64,000 bases of DNA from Dehalococcoidia bacterium. GTDB lineage: Bacteria; Chloroflexota; Dehalococcoidia; UBA2979. Numbering within the stretch: the stretch's first letter is position 1; each line of letters opens with the position of its first letter. Position numbers and translations under genes: made by a program. Where the stretch lies: contig CAXXDN010000001.1 of NCBI GenBank assembly GCA_963667465.2, positions 800,001-864,000 of the forward strand. The letters run 5' to 3'. Shown here piece after piece: positions 47,718 to 56,737 of the stretch. The notes below the pieces were generated by a model. It was not told the origin of the DNA. It saw only the letters and a program-made list of their open reading frames with translations, and did not search any database.

Positions 47718-48535
47718 TGTTTGCCTGCCGCCTCGCGAGCGCGGCGCAGCCACTCGCGCAGGAGGGCTGCCACCGCCGGGGGCGCGATGACGTGCGCGGC
47801 GGCCGTCTCGCGCGGCTGGTCCGCGACGAGCACGGCGAGGCCGCGGCCGGCGATCGCGCGGAAGGCGTCCTCGTCCGTCTCGTCATCGCCGAGGTAGCAG
47901 GCGGGCGCGCCCTCGGGCAGCTCCGCCAGCAACTCGCGCAGTACGTCGCCCTTGCTGCGCCCGGCGCAGCGCAGCTCGATGCCGCCGTCGAAGCGCCGCA
48001 GGTCGAGCCCATGCTCCGCCGCGAGGTCGCGCCAGCGCGGCTCGGCGCTCGCGATCAACGCCGCGCCCCCGGCGGCCTCGAGGCCGCGCACGTGCAGGGC
48101 GATGCTCGCGGACTTGCGCTCCAGACGCGCCGCCGCCAGCTCGCCGGCGAGGCGCTGCCACTCGGCCTCGAGGACGGCGGCGGCGCGCGGCGGCGGCGCA
48201 TGGTCGGCGCGGCGACCGTCCGGCAGGCGGCGCTCCCAGCCATGCACGCCGAACAGTTCCGGCAACGGATCGAGGTCGATCAGCGCCTCCAGTTCGGCGA
48301 TCGGCCGTCCGGAGACGATCGTGACGCGAGTTGCCTTGCAGCCCGCCAGCGCGGCGAGCAGTGCGCGCAACTCGTCCGGCATGCGCGCCTCGGAGCGTTC
48401 GCTGCGGAAGGGCGCGAGCGTGCCGTCGTAGTCGAGCGCAAGCAGGCTCGGGCCGCCCGCGACGGCGCGCAGTCCGGAGCGGAGCGAGGGGCTGAGCGTG
48501 GGTTGGAGTGCGCGATCGGATGAGGTGGTCGTCAT
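47714..48535 (-). CDS. otsB: Trehalose-6-phosphate phosphatase
   Basis: LDYDGTLAP, VSGR, ERK, KG, LGDDETDEDAF; GTGA overlap with otsA. Confidence 0.92.
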   Translation of the reverse strand: MTTTSSDRALQPTLSPSLRSGLRAVAGGPSLLALDYDGTLAPFRSERSEARMPDELRALLAALAGCKATRVTIVSGRPIAELEALIDLDPLPELFGVHGWERRLPDGRRADHAPPPRAAAVLEAEWQRLAGELAAARLERKSASIALHVRGLEAAGGAALIASAEPRWRDLAAEHGLDLRRFDGGIELRCAGRSKGDVLRELLAELPEGAPACYLGDDETDEDAFRAIAGRGLAVLVADQPRETAAAHVIAPPAVAALLREWLRRAREAAGKQ

Positions 48536-48718
48536 CGTATCGAGGCGCCTCCACCACGTCTGACCGTAGCGCCCGCGCGCGCGGGCGGCAATCGCATGGC
48601 TGTCGCAGGTGACGCTGTTGCGCGTAAGTCGCCGCGCCGGTGATCTGCGCACGGGCGCATGTCGCGGCGGCGGTGAGACCGCCCGGACGGTCCGCCCGGA
48701 AAGCGGGGCGTCGCCAGC

Positions 48719-50140
48719 ATGGTCGAGCCGCACGAGGTTGCAGTCCCCGACCGCTCGTTCAGCCTGCTCGAGGGCGTGATCGGTGCGGAGGCGGTCGCGG
48801 CCGCCCGCGATCGCGCGGCGGCGTTGCGCGAACACCTCGACGGGCGCGTCGTCTGGAACATCAACTCCACCGCGACGGGCGGCGGGGTCGCGGAGATGCT
48901 GCCCTCGCTGATCGGCTACGCGCGCGACCTCGGCGTGCAGACGAGCTGGCTGGTGATCGAGGGCGTCGCACCGTTCTTCACCCTCACCAAGCGGCTGCAT
49001 CACGCCCTGCACGGCGCGGCGGGCGACGGCAGCCCGCTCGGCGAGGCCGAGCGCGCGGTCTACGAACAGGTCGCCGCGGAGAACGCCGCGGGCGTGCTCG
49101 CCCACGTCGGCCCTCGCGACATCGTGATCCTGCACGACCCGCAGACGGCGGGCCTCGCGCCGCACCTGGCGCGCGCCGGAATCCCCTCGATCTGGCGCTG
49201 TCACATCGGCAGCGACGCCGCGAACGAGGAGGTCGAGCGCGGCTGGGGCTTCCTCGCGCCGTACCTGGAGCCGGTCGACGCCTTCGTCTTCACGCGCCAG
49301 GCCTACGTCCCCTCGCTCGCCTCGGGCCGCGAGGTGATGCTGATTCCGCCCTCGCTCGACCCGCTGACCGCGAAGAACGAGGATTTGGACGCTGAGATGG
49401 TGCGCGCCGTGCTCGCGCACACGGGGCTGATCGCGGGCGAGTCGGGCAGTGCGGTGCGCTTCGCCGGCCAGGACGGATCGCCTCGGCAGGTCGAACGGCG
49501 CGCCGAGGTGGTGCGCTCCGGCCCGCCGCCCGCCGCCGACGTACCGCTGGCGGTGCAGGTCTCGCGCTGGGATCCGCTCAAGGACCCGATCGGCGTGATG
49601 CAGGGCTTCGCCGCGATCGCCGCGGAGACCGACGCCCAGCTCATGCTGGCCGGGCCGAACACCAGCGGCGTCGCCGACGACCCCGAGGCGGCGCACGTCC
49701 TCGAGGCGACGATCGCCGTCTGGCGCGGGCTGCCGGATGCGGTGCGTGACCGCATCCACCTCGTCTCGCTGCCGACCGACGACGTCGAGGAGAACGCGGT
49801 GATGGTCAACGCGCTGCAGCGTCACGCCGCGGTGATCGTGCAGAAGAGCCTGCAGGAGGGCTTCGGCCTGACCGTCACCGAGGCGATGTGGAAGGGCCGC
49901 CCGCTGCTCGCGAGCGCCGTCGGCGGCATCCAGGACCAGATCGAGGACGGCCGCGACGGCGCGCTCCTCGCCGACCCGTCAGACCTCGCGGCCTACGGTG
50001 CGCGGCTGCGCGAGTTGCTGGCGCAGCCGAAGCGCGCGGATGCGCTCGGCCGCCAGGCGCGCGAGACGGTGCGGGAGCGCTACCTCAGCGTGCGCCACCT
50101 CGGTCAGTACGCAGACCTGATCGAGCGCCTCGAGGCGTAG
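48719..50140 (+). CDS. GT4 glycosyltransferase, trehalose synthase TreT-like
   Basis: NSTATGGGVAEML, HDPQ, WRCHI, QVSRWDPLKD, DDPE, QKSLQEGFGLTVTEAMWK. Confidence 0.88.
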   Translation: MVEPHEVAVPDRSFSLLEGVIGAEAVAAARDRAAALREHLDGRVVWNINSTATGGGVAEMLPSLIGYARDLGVQTSWLVIEGVAPFFTLTKRLHHALHGAAGDGSPLGEAERAVYEQVAAENAAGVLAHVGPRDIVILHDPQTAGLAPHLARAGIPSIWRCHIGSDAANEEVERGWGFLAPYLEPVDAFVFTRQAYVPSLASGREVMLIPPSLDPLTAKNEDLDAEMVRAVLAHTGLIAGESGSAVRFAGQDGSPRQVERRAEVVRSGPPPAADVPLAVQVSRWDPLKDPIGVMQGFAAIAAETDAQLMLAGPNTSGVADDPEAAHVLEATIAVWRGLPDAVRDRIHLVSLPTDDVEENAVMVNALQRHAAVIVQKSLQEGFGLTVTEAMWKGRPLLASAVGGIQDQIEDGRDGALLADPSDLAAYGARLRELLAQPKRADALGRQARETVRERYLSVRHLGQYADLIERLEA

Positions 50141-50149
50141 CGACGCGTC

Positions 50150-50520
50150 TTGCCTGTGGGGGCTGCGCCCCACGCCGCATCCCGGAGGAGCAGGCGCTGC
50201 GCGCCGCTCCGGCCCGCCCGCCCACCTGCCCTGGATTTCTTTCTCTGTGGGGGGCTATGCTACCCACGCCCCCCCTTGGTTCGCTGTCTCCCGATGGGGA
50301 GGGCACACGGTCGCACAAGTGATACACGCGATTGCTCCGGAGGCACGCCGCGTGCGCCGATCCCGGCGGGGGCGTGGGGGCGCAGCCCCCACACAGAAAG
50401 AAATCCGGGGTGGGTGGGCGGGTCCGAGCCGCGCGGAGCGCGTGCTCGTCCGGGATGGGGCTTCGGAACCCGCGAGGTCCCCTCGCGTCCGGAGGTCTCC
50501 TCGCGTCCGATCGAACAGCG
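50150..50520. repeat. Composite repeat cluster with inverted copies of the GC hairpin module
   Basis: 50368-50460 (+) and a partial reverse copy at about 50157-50256. Confidence 0.75.
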
Positions 50521-50561
50521 CCCCCCCAAAGAGGGCGCGCGGGTGGGCTGGTCGCCCGCGT

Positions 50562-51878
50562 CTAGCTGCCGCGCTCCTCGATCGGGACGTAGCTGCGCAG
50601 CGTTTCGCCGGTGTAGATCTGGCGCGGGCGGTTGAGCTTGTTTCGCGGATCGGCGTGGTGCTCGCGCCAGTGGGCGAGCCAGCCGGGCATCCGTCCGAGG
50701 GCGAAGAACGGCGTGAAGCCGTTTGTCGGAATCCCCAGCGACTCGTAGATGATGCCGCTGTAGAAGTCGACGTTCGGATAGAGCTGCCGTGCGACGAAGT
50801 AGTCGTCACTGAGCGCAAGCTCCTCGAGCTCCATCGCGATCTCGAGCAGGCGCCGCGTCTCGCCGAGCTGGTCCATCACCTTGTGCGCGTGGTCCTTGAG
50901 GATCCTCGCGCGCGGGTCGAAGTTCTTGTAGACGCGGTGGCCGAAGCCCATCAGGCGCGTGGTGTCGTTGCTGTCCTTCGCCTTGTCCATGAAGACCCGG
51001 GCGCTGCCCTCGTTCTGTGCGATGTCGTGCAGCATCTCGATCACGGCCTGGTTCGCGCCGCCGTGGAGCGGCCCCCAGAGCGCCATGATCGCCGCCGAGG
51101 CCGAGGCGTAGATGTTCGCCCGCGAACTGCCCACCATCCGCATCGCGCTCGTCGAGCAGTTCTGCTCGTGATCGGCGTGCAGGATCAGCAGCGTCTCCAC
51201 GGCGCGCGTGAAGGTGTCGTTGACCTCGTACTCCTCGGTCGGCAGGCCGAACATCATGTAGAGCATGTTCTCGGCGTAGCTGAGGTCGTTGCGCGGGTAG
51301 TTGAAGGGGTGCCCCATCGCGTACTTGAAGGCCACCGCGCAGATCGTCGGCAGCTTGGCGATCAGCCGGTAGGTCGAGATCTCCACCTGCTCCGGGTCCA
51401 GCGGGTCCACCGAGTCCGGATAGAACGTAGAGAGCGCGCCGACCACCGCCGCGCTCACGGCCATCGGGTGCGCCGCCAGCGGGAACGCCCGGTACATGTG
51501 CCGGATGTCCTCATGCAGCAGCGTGTGGTTGGTGATTCGCCCCTCGAAGTACTCGAGCTGGGCCTTCGTCGGCAGGTCGCCATAGAGCAGCAGGTAGGCG
51601 GTCTCGATGAAGCTGCTGTGCTCCGCCAGCTGCTCGATCGGGTAGCCGCGGTAGCGCAGGACGCCCGCTTCGCCGTCGATGAAGGTGATGTCGCTGAGCG
51701 TGCTGCCGGTGTTCGCGTAGCCGAGATCGAGCGTGATCAGGCCGGTGTCGCTCCGCAGGGTGCTCACGTCGATCGCGCGCTCGCCCTCGCTGCCCTCGAT
51801 GATTGGCAGCTCCCAGGTTTGCCCGTCGATGGTCAGCGTTGCTACGTCAGAAGTTGCGGGCGCCTCAAGCGTCGTCAT
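50562..51878 (-). CDS. gltA: Citrate synthase
   Basis: ITFIDG..G.LRYRGY, HADHEQNCST, GPLHGGAN, MGFGHRVYK..DPRA, YPNVDFYSG. Confidence 0.97.
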   Translation of the reverse strand: MTTLEAPATSDVATLTIDGQTWELPIIEGSEGERAIDVSTLRSDTGLITLDLGYANTGSTLSDITFIDGEAGVLRYRGYPIEQLAEHSSFIETAYLLLYGDLPTKAQLEYFEGRITNHTLLHEDIRHMYRAFPLAAHPMAVSAAVVGALSTFYPDSVDPLDPEQVEISTYRLIAKLPTICAVAFKYAMGHPFNYPRNDLSYAENMLYMMFGLPTEEYEVNDTFTRAVETLLILHADHEQNCSTSAMRMVGSSRANIYASASAAIMALWGPLHGGANQAVIEMLHDIAQNEGSARVFMDKAKDSNDTTRLMGFGHRVYKNFDPRARILKDHAHKVMDQLGETRRLLEIAMELEELALSDDYFVARQLYPNVDFYSGIIYESLGIPTNGFTPFFALGRMPGWLAHWREHHADPRNKLNRPRQIYTGETLRSYVPIEERGS

Positions 51879-52006
51879 CTCTCACCCCCAGCTATCGCAT
51901 GGCCGCCCGGCGCGCGGGACGGGCCCGGAGGCCCGCGGCGCTCGCGACCAGAATCCACCGCTACACAGTGTAGACGGTCCGCGTGATCGACGCGTTAATC
52001 GGGCTG

Positions 52007-52933
52007 CTATCCGTCGTCCTGCCAGCTGCGGACCGCGTCCGCCGCGCGCAGCTCCACGCCGCTGCGCCGCTCCTGCATGATGATCGAAGCGCTCGAGTCG
52101 AGCGGACCGAGGCCGGCGTCGACCGCCTCGGCGACCTCCGCCTCGGCGACCGCGCCGAGCGCGATCGGCACGGCGAACTCCTCAGCCAGATCAAGGGCGA
52201 GCCGCAGGTCCTTGAGCGAGAGGTCCAGCGCGAAGCCGACGTTGTCGTAGGCGCCCTGGTAGACGATGTTCGGCACGGTGCGGTGGATCAGGTTGCCCTG
52301 CCCGAACGAGCCGTTCTGCACGGCCTCCAGCAGCGCCTCCGGGTCGACCCCGGCCTTCACCCCCAGCGTCAGCGCCTCGCCGACGATCACGCGCGCGCTG
52401 ATCGTGATCAGATTGTGCACCAGCTTCGCGATCGCCCCCGCCCCCGAGGGCCCGATGTAGGAGACCTTGTCGCCGATCAGGTCGAGCACCGGCCTGGCGC
52501 GCTCGTAGGCATCCTCCGGACCGCCGACCATCACGGCCAGCGTCGCCTGCTCCGCGCCCTTCGATCCGCCGCTGACCGGCCCGTCGAGGACGGCGACGGC
52601 TTCGGCCGCGAACTCCTCGTGGATGCGCCGCATGAGCGTCGGCGAGTTGGTCGAGAGGTCGACGTAGATCGTGCCCGGCGCGGCGCCGGCGAGCACGCCA
52701 CCCTCGCCGAGGGCCACCTGCTCGACCTCGGCCGGGCCGGGTAGCGAGGTGAAGACGATCTCGCGGTCCTCGCTCGCCCCGCGCGGCGTGGCGGCCCAGC
52801 GCGCGCCGGCGGCGAGGTGCCGTTCGGCGGCCTCGCGGCGGATGTCGTGCACGACCACGTCGTGGCCGCCGGCGATCACGTTCATCGCCATGTGCCCGCC
52901 CATGTTTCCGAGGCCGATGAAGCCGATGCGCAT
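52007..52933 (-). CDS. NAD(P)-dependent 3-hydroxyisobutyrate dehydrogenase family protein
   Basis: GFIGLGNMG, DGPVSGG, KLVHN, KDLRLA. Confidence 0.92.
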   Translation of the reverse strand: MRIGFIGLGNMGGHMAMNVIAGGHDVVVHDIRREAAERHLAAGARWAATPRGASEDREIVFTSLPGPAEVEQVALGEGGVLAGAAPGTIYVDLSTNSPTLMRRIHEEFAAEAVAVLDGPVSGGSKGAEQATLAVMVGGPEDAYERARPVLDLIGDKVSYIGPSGAGAIAKLVHNLITISARVIVGEALTLGVKAGVDPEALLEAVQNGSFGQGNLIHRTVPNIVYQGAYDNVGFALDLSLKDLRLALDLAEEFAVPIALGAVAEAEVAEAVDAGLGPLDSSASIIMQERRSGVELRAADAVRSWQDDG

Positions 52934-52994
52934 GGTGTTGCTCCTCGCTCCCTGTCCTGCCCGGCCGCGTTCGCGGCTTGCCGTCCTCGCCGTC

Positions 52995-53399
52995 CTAGCC
53001 GTCCTCGCGCACGAAGGCGACGACGTTGTCGTCGGGGTCGTAGACCTGCACGTACGTCCCGCCGTGCGACGCCGGCTTGAGCGGCGAGTGGAACTCCAGC
53101 CCCGCGGCCTCGCAGCGCGCGGCGATCTCCTCGACGTTGGAGACGAGGATCGTGAAGTAACGCAGCCCGGTCTGCGTGCGCGCGCCGCGAGGCGTGCGCG
53201 AGGCCGGCGTCTCCGGCGGCACGACGAGCTTGATCACGCTCTCCCCGCAGGCGAGGCGGTGCATGTAGCCGCCCGGGCCCGTGGTCTGCTTGTTGAGGTA
53301 CTCGAGGCCGAGCGTGTCGCGGTAGAAGCGCAGCATCGCCTCCTCGTTGGCCACGACGATCCCCAGATCGATCGCGGCTCTCGCCAGTTCGACGGCCAT
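52995..53399 (-). CDS. VOC/glyoxalase family protein
   Basis: IDLGIVV...LRFYRDTLGL...DPDDN. Confidence 0.85.
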   Translation of the reverse strand: MAVELARAAIDLGIVVANEEAMLRFYRDTLGLEYLNKQTTGPGGYMHRLACGESVIKLVVPPETPASRTPRGARTQTGLRYFTILVSNVEEIAARCEAAGLEFHSPLKPASHGGTYVQVYDPDDNVVAFVREDG

Positions 53400-53501
53400 C
53401 GGCTCCCCCTCGCTTGCGCGCCCGGCGATGATAGGCGGGACCGGCGGGCGGATCGATCCGTGCCCGCGACAAGCGCGAGCGACGAGGCGAGGAGCGAACA
53501 C

Positions 53502-54377
53502 ATGCAGCAGTTCGAGGGCAGGGTCGCGGTGGTCACCGGCGCGGGCGGCAAGGTCGGCCTCTCGCTCTCGCGGCGCTTCGCAGGTGCGGGCATGAGCGTG
53601 GCGATGGCCGACGTGCATGAGGAGGACCTCTCCGCTGCCCGCGCGCAGCTGATCGAGGAGGGCGTCCCCGGCGAGCGGCTGATCACCGTCGAGACGGACG
53701 TGACGAAGTCGGAGAGCGTACAGCGGCTGGCCGACGCGGCTGTCGAGGCCTTCGGCGGCGTGCACGTGGTCTGCAACAACGCGGGCGTGAACCCTCAGGA
53801 CCTCTCGATCTGGGAGGCGACCGAGGAGGACTGGCGCTGGGCCCTGGGCGTGAACCTCTGGGGCGCGATCCACGGCACGAGGATCTTCATCCCGTTGATG
53901 CTCGCCCAGGGCGAGGAGGGGCACCTCGTCAACACCGCCTCGGCGGCGGGCCTCGGCGCGCGGCCCGGCATGGGCAGCTACGTGGTCAGCAAGACCGGCA
54001 TCGTCGCGCTCACCGAGGTGCTCTACCACGAGCTGCGCCGCCTCGACGCGAAGGTCGGCTGCTCCGTGCTCTGCCCCGGCCGCATCCGCGGCGGCGGCAC
54101 GCGCAACCGCCGCCCCGACGAGTTCCGCACCGAGGGCGACGAGGCGCAGGCGCAGCGCGACAGCGAGCTGTACGAACGCGCCCTCGCCCGCCAGGCGGAG
54201 CTGGGCGGTCCCGGCTACATCCCGCCCGACGACGTCGCCGGGCTCGTCTTCGAGGGCGTGCGCGAGGGCCGCTTCTACATCTTCACCCACCCCGAGGCGA
54301 CCTCGCAGCGCGTGCAGGAGCGCGCGGAGGCCCTCGCCGCCCTCGATCCCCCCGCCCTCGCCGGCTCGATCTTCTGA
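53502..54377 (+). CDS. Short-chain dehydrogenase/reductase
   Basis: VTGAGG, CNNAG, NTAS, YVVSK; GGAG RBS. Confidence 0.92.
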   Translation: MQQFEGRVAVVTGAGGKVGLSLSRRFAGAGMSVAMADVHEEDLSAARAQLIEEGVPGERLITVETDVTKSESVQRLADAAVEAFGGVHVVCNNAGVNPQDLSIWEATEEDWRWALGVNLWGAIHGTRIFIPLMLAQGEEGHLVNTASAAGLGARPGMGSYVVSKTGIVALTEVLYHELRRLDAKVGCSVLCPGRIRGGGTRNRRPDEFRTEGDEAQAQRDSELYERALARQAELGGPGYIPPDDVAGLVFEGVREGRFYIFTHPEATSQRVQERAEALAALDPPALAGSIF

Positions 54378-54493
54378 GGCCAGGCGAGCGGCCAGGCGTG
54401 CGGGGCCGCGCGTGCGGCGCGGCGCTGGCGCCCGGCGGCCCCTCGCGTATCATCCCCCCGCACACGCACGGACGCGGGAGCCGGAGGAACGCC

Positions 54494-55687
54494 GTGCTGC
54501 AGACCAGCCTCTTCTACCTGCCCACCGTCGGCTCCCGCGAGCAGATCGAGGAGGGCATGGCCGGGGTCCGCGACGACCTCTACCAGAACATGCTCGCCGA
54601 GCTCACCGAACAGGCGCAGCTCGCCGACCGGCTCGGCTACGACTCGATCTCCTTCACCGAGCACCACTTCCACATCGAGGGCTTCGAGCTCTCCACCAAC
54701 CCCGTCCTGCTCGACCTCTACATCGCCATGCAGACCGAGCGCATCCGCGTCGGCCAGCTCGGCATCGTGCTGCCCGCCCAGAACCCGATCCGCGTCGCCG
54801 AGGACATCGCGATGCTCGACCACATGAGCGGCGGGCGCGCCATCGCCGGCTTCGCGCGCGGCTACCAGCGCCGCTGGGTGGACGTGATGGCGCAGCAGAT
54901 GCACGGCATCCACGGCGCGATCCCCCAGCAGCATGACGAGATCGATGCCGCCAACCGCCAGGCCTTCGAGGAGCACTTCAACCTCGTCCGCCGCTGCTGG
55001 ACCGAGGAGATGATCGAGGCCGACAGCAGCTACTGGCAGATCCCGACCGAAGGCACCCCGTGGACCCTCGAGGCCACACGGCTCTACGGCAAAGGCGTCG
55101 ACGAGGACGGCATGCTGCGTCAGATCGGCGTGGTCCCCAAGCCGCTGCAGAAGCCGCACCCGCCGATCTTCCAGCCCTTCGCCTCCAGCGAGGGCACCGT
55201 CCGCTGGTGCGCGCGCGAGGGCATCACCGCCGTCGTCACCGCCATGCACCCGGTCAACCAGCGCAAGCTGCTCGAGGCCTACCAGGACGAAGCGACGGCC
55301 GCCGGACGCGCGCTCCGGCCCGGCGAGGGCATCGGGCTGCTGCGCGACGTCTTCATCGCCGACACGGACGAGGAGGCCTACGAGCTGTGGCGCCGCGGCG
55401 CCGGCTTCGCGCACAACGCCTGGTTCACGCCCTTCGGCTTCGGCGTCGGCCGCAACAGGCCCGGCACGGACGAGGCGATGTCGCCGCAGGAGATGATGGA
55501 CCTCGGCATGCTGCTCGTCGGCAGCGTCGACTCGGTGACGAGGCAGCTCGAGGCGATGCTCTCCCACGATCCGGTGGACTGGCTCTTCGCCTGGCAGTTC
55601 AACGGCCTGATCCCGCACGACAAGCTGATGCGATCGCTGGAGCTGTTCGCGACGAAGGTGCTGCCGCGCGTCAACGGCGGCGAGTAG
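54494..55687 (+). CDS. LLM-class flavin-dependent oxidoreductase
   Basis: FTEHHF, NPIRVAEDIAMLDHMSGGR, PKPLQKPHPP. Confidence 0.92.
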   Translation: MLQTSLFYLPTVGSREQIEEGMAGVRDDLYQNMLAELTEQAQLADRLGYDSISFTEHHFHIEGFELSTNPVLLDLYIAMQTERIRVGQLGIVLPAQNPIRVAEDIAMLDHMSGGRAIAGFARGYQRRWVDVMAQQMHGIHGAIPQQHDEIDAANRQAFEEHFNLVRRCWTEEMIEADSSYWQIPTEGTPWTLEATRLYGKGVDEDGMLRQIGVVPKPLQKPHPPIFQPFASSEGTVRWCAREGITAVVTAMHPVNQRKLLEAYQDEATAAGRALRPGEGIGLLRDVFIADTDEEAYELWRRGAGFAHNAWFTPFGFGVGRNRPGTDEAMSPQEMMDLGMLLVGSVDSVTRQLEAMLSHDPVDWLFAWQFNGLIPHDKLMRSLELFATKVLPRVNGGE

Positions 55688-55777
55688 CGGCCCGCGCGCG
55701 GAGCTGCCCGCGAGGGCTGCCCTCCGGCCCCCTCGCTCCGAGAGAGCGGGTGGGGGTGAGGGCGGAAGGAGGATGAA

Positions 55778-56587
55778 ATGCAGGACGTCGTGCTCTACGA
55801 GGTGGAGGACCGCATCGCGACGGTCACGCTCAACCGGCCGGAGCGCCTCAACGCCATCAACCCGGAGCTGGACGAGGCGCTGATCGCCGCGCTGCTGCGC
55901 GCCGAGGCGGACCCGGACGTGCGCTGCGCGATCGTGCAGGGCGCGGGCCGCGCCTTCTGCGCCGGGGCCGACACCAAGCGCGACGACTCCTCGGGCCAGC
56001 CGCGCGACTTCACGCCGATCGAGGATCGCAACCGGCTCGAGGCGCAGTACCGCCGCTGGATGCAGATCTGGGACCTCAAGATCCCCGTGATCGCCAAGGT
56101 GCATGGCTACTGCCTCGGCCGCGGCACGCAGCTCGCCGTGATCTGCGACATCACCTACGTCGCCGAGGACACGATCATCGGCGCGCCGCAGCTGCCGCTG
56201 GGGGCGGGTTGGAACTCGGTGTTCTGGGCGTGGCACCTCGGCCCCAAGAAGGCGAAGGAGATCTTCCTCCCGGTGGGCGACACGATCACGGGCGCGGAGG
56301 CGGCGGAGCTGGGCATCTTCAACGCCGCCCTGCCGGCCGACCAGCTCGACGCCTACGTGCGCGAGTACGCGTTGAAGCTGGCGCGCGTCCCGAAGGACCT
56401 GCTCGGCCTGGAGAAGCTGGCGATCAACAAGACGCAGGACATCCAGGGCTTCCGCGAAGCGCTCGCCGTCGGCTTCGAGATCGACGTCGTCGGCCACCTC
56501 GCCCCGGCCGTGCTCGACGTCAACCGCCGCATCCGCGAGGACGGCCTGCGCCCCACGATCGAGGCCTGGCAAGCCGGCGAGTTCTAG
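55778..56587 (+). CDS. Enoyl-CoA hydratase/isomerase family protein
   Basis: LNRPERLNA, AFCAGAD, IAKVHGYCLG.G. Confidence 0.92.
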   Translation: MQDVVLYEVEDRIATVTLNRPERLNAINPELDEALIAALLRAEADPDVRCAIVQGAGRAFCAGADTKRDDSSGQPRDFTPIEDRNRLEAQYRRWMQIWDLKIPVIAKVHGYCLGRGTQLAVICDITYVAEDTIIGAPQLPLGAGWNSVFWAWHLGPKKAKEIFLPVGDTITGAEAAELGIFNAALPADQLDAYVREYALKLARVPKDLLGLEKLAINKTQDIQGFREALAVGFEIDVVGHLAPAVLDVNRRIREDGLRPTIEAWQAGEF

Positions 56588-56737
56588 GCGGGCTACGCGG
56601 CAGAGAGACGGATACCACCGGAACGCTTGTCCTGCTATGGTGTGCGTGGCGCGGGACTACGACGGTCGGCTCGCCGAAGGCCGCCCGGCGCTTCCCGCGC
56701 CTCACGGGCGCCCTCCTCGCGCTCAGGGAGCGGTGAC

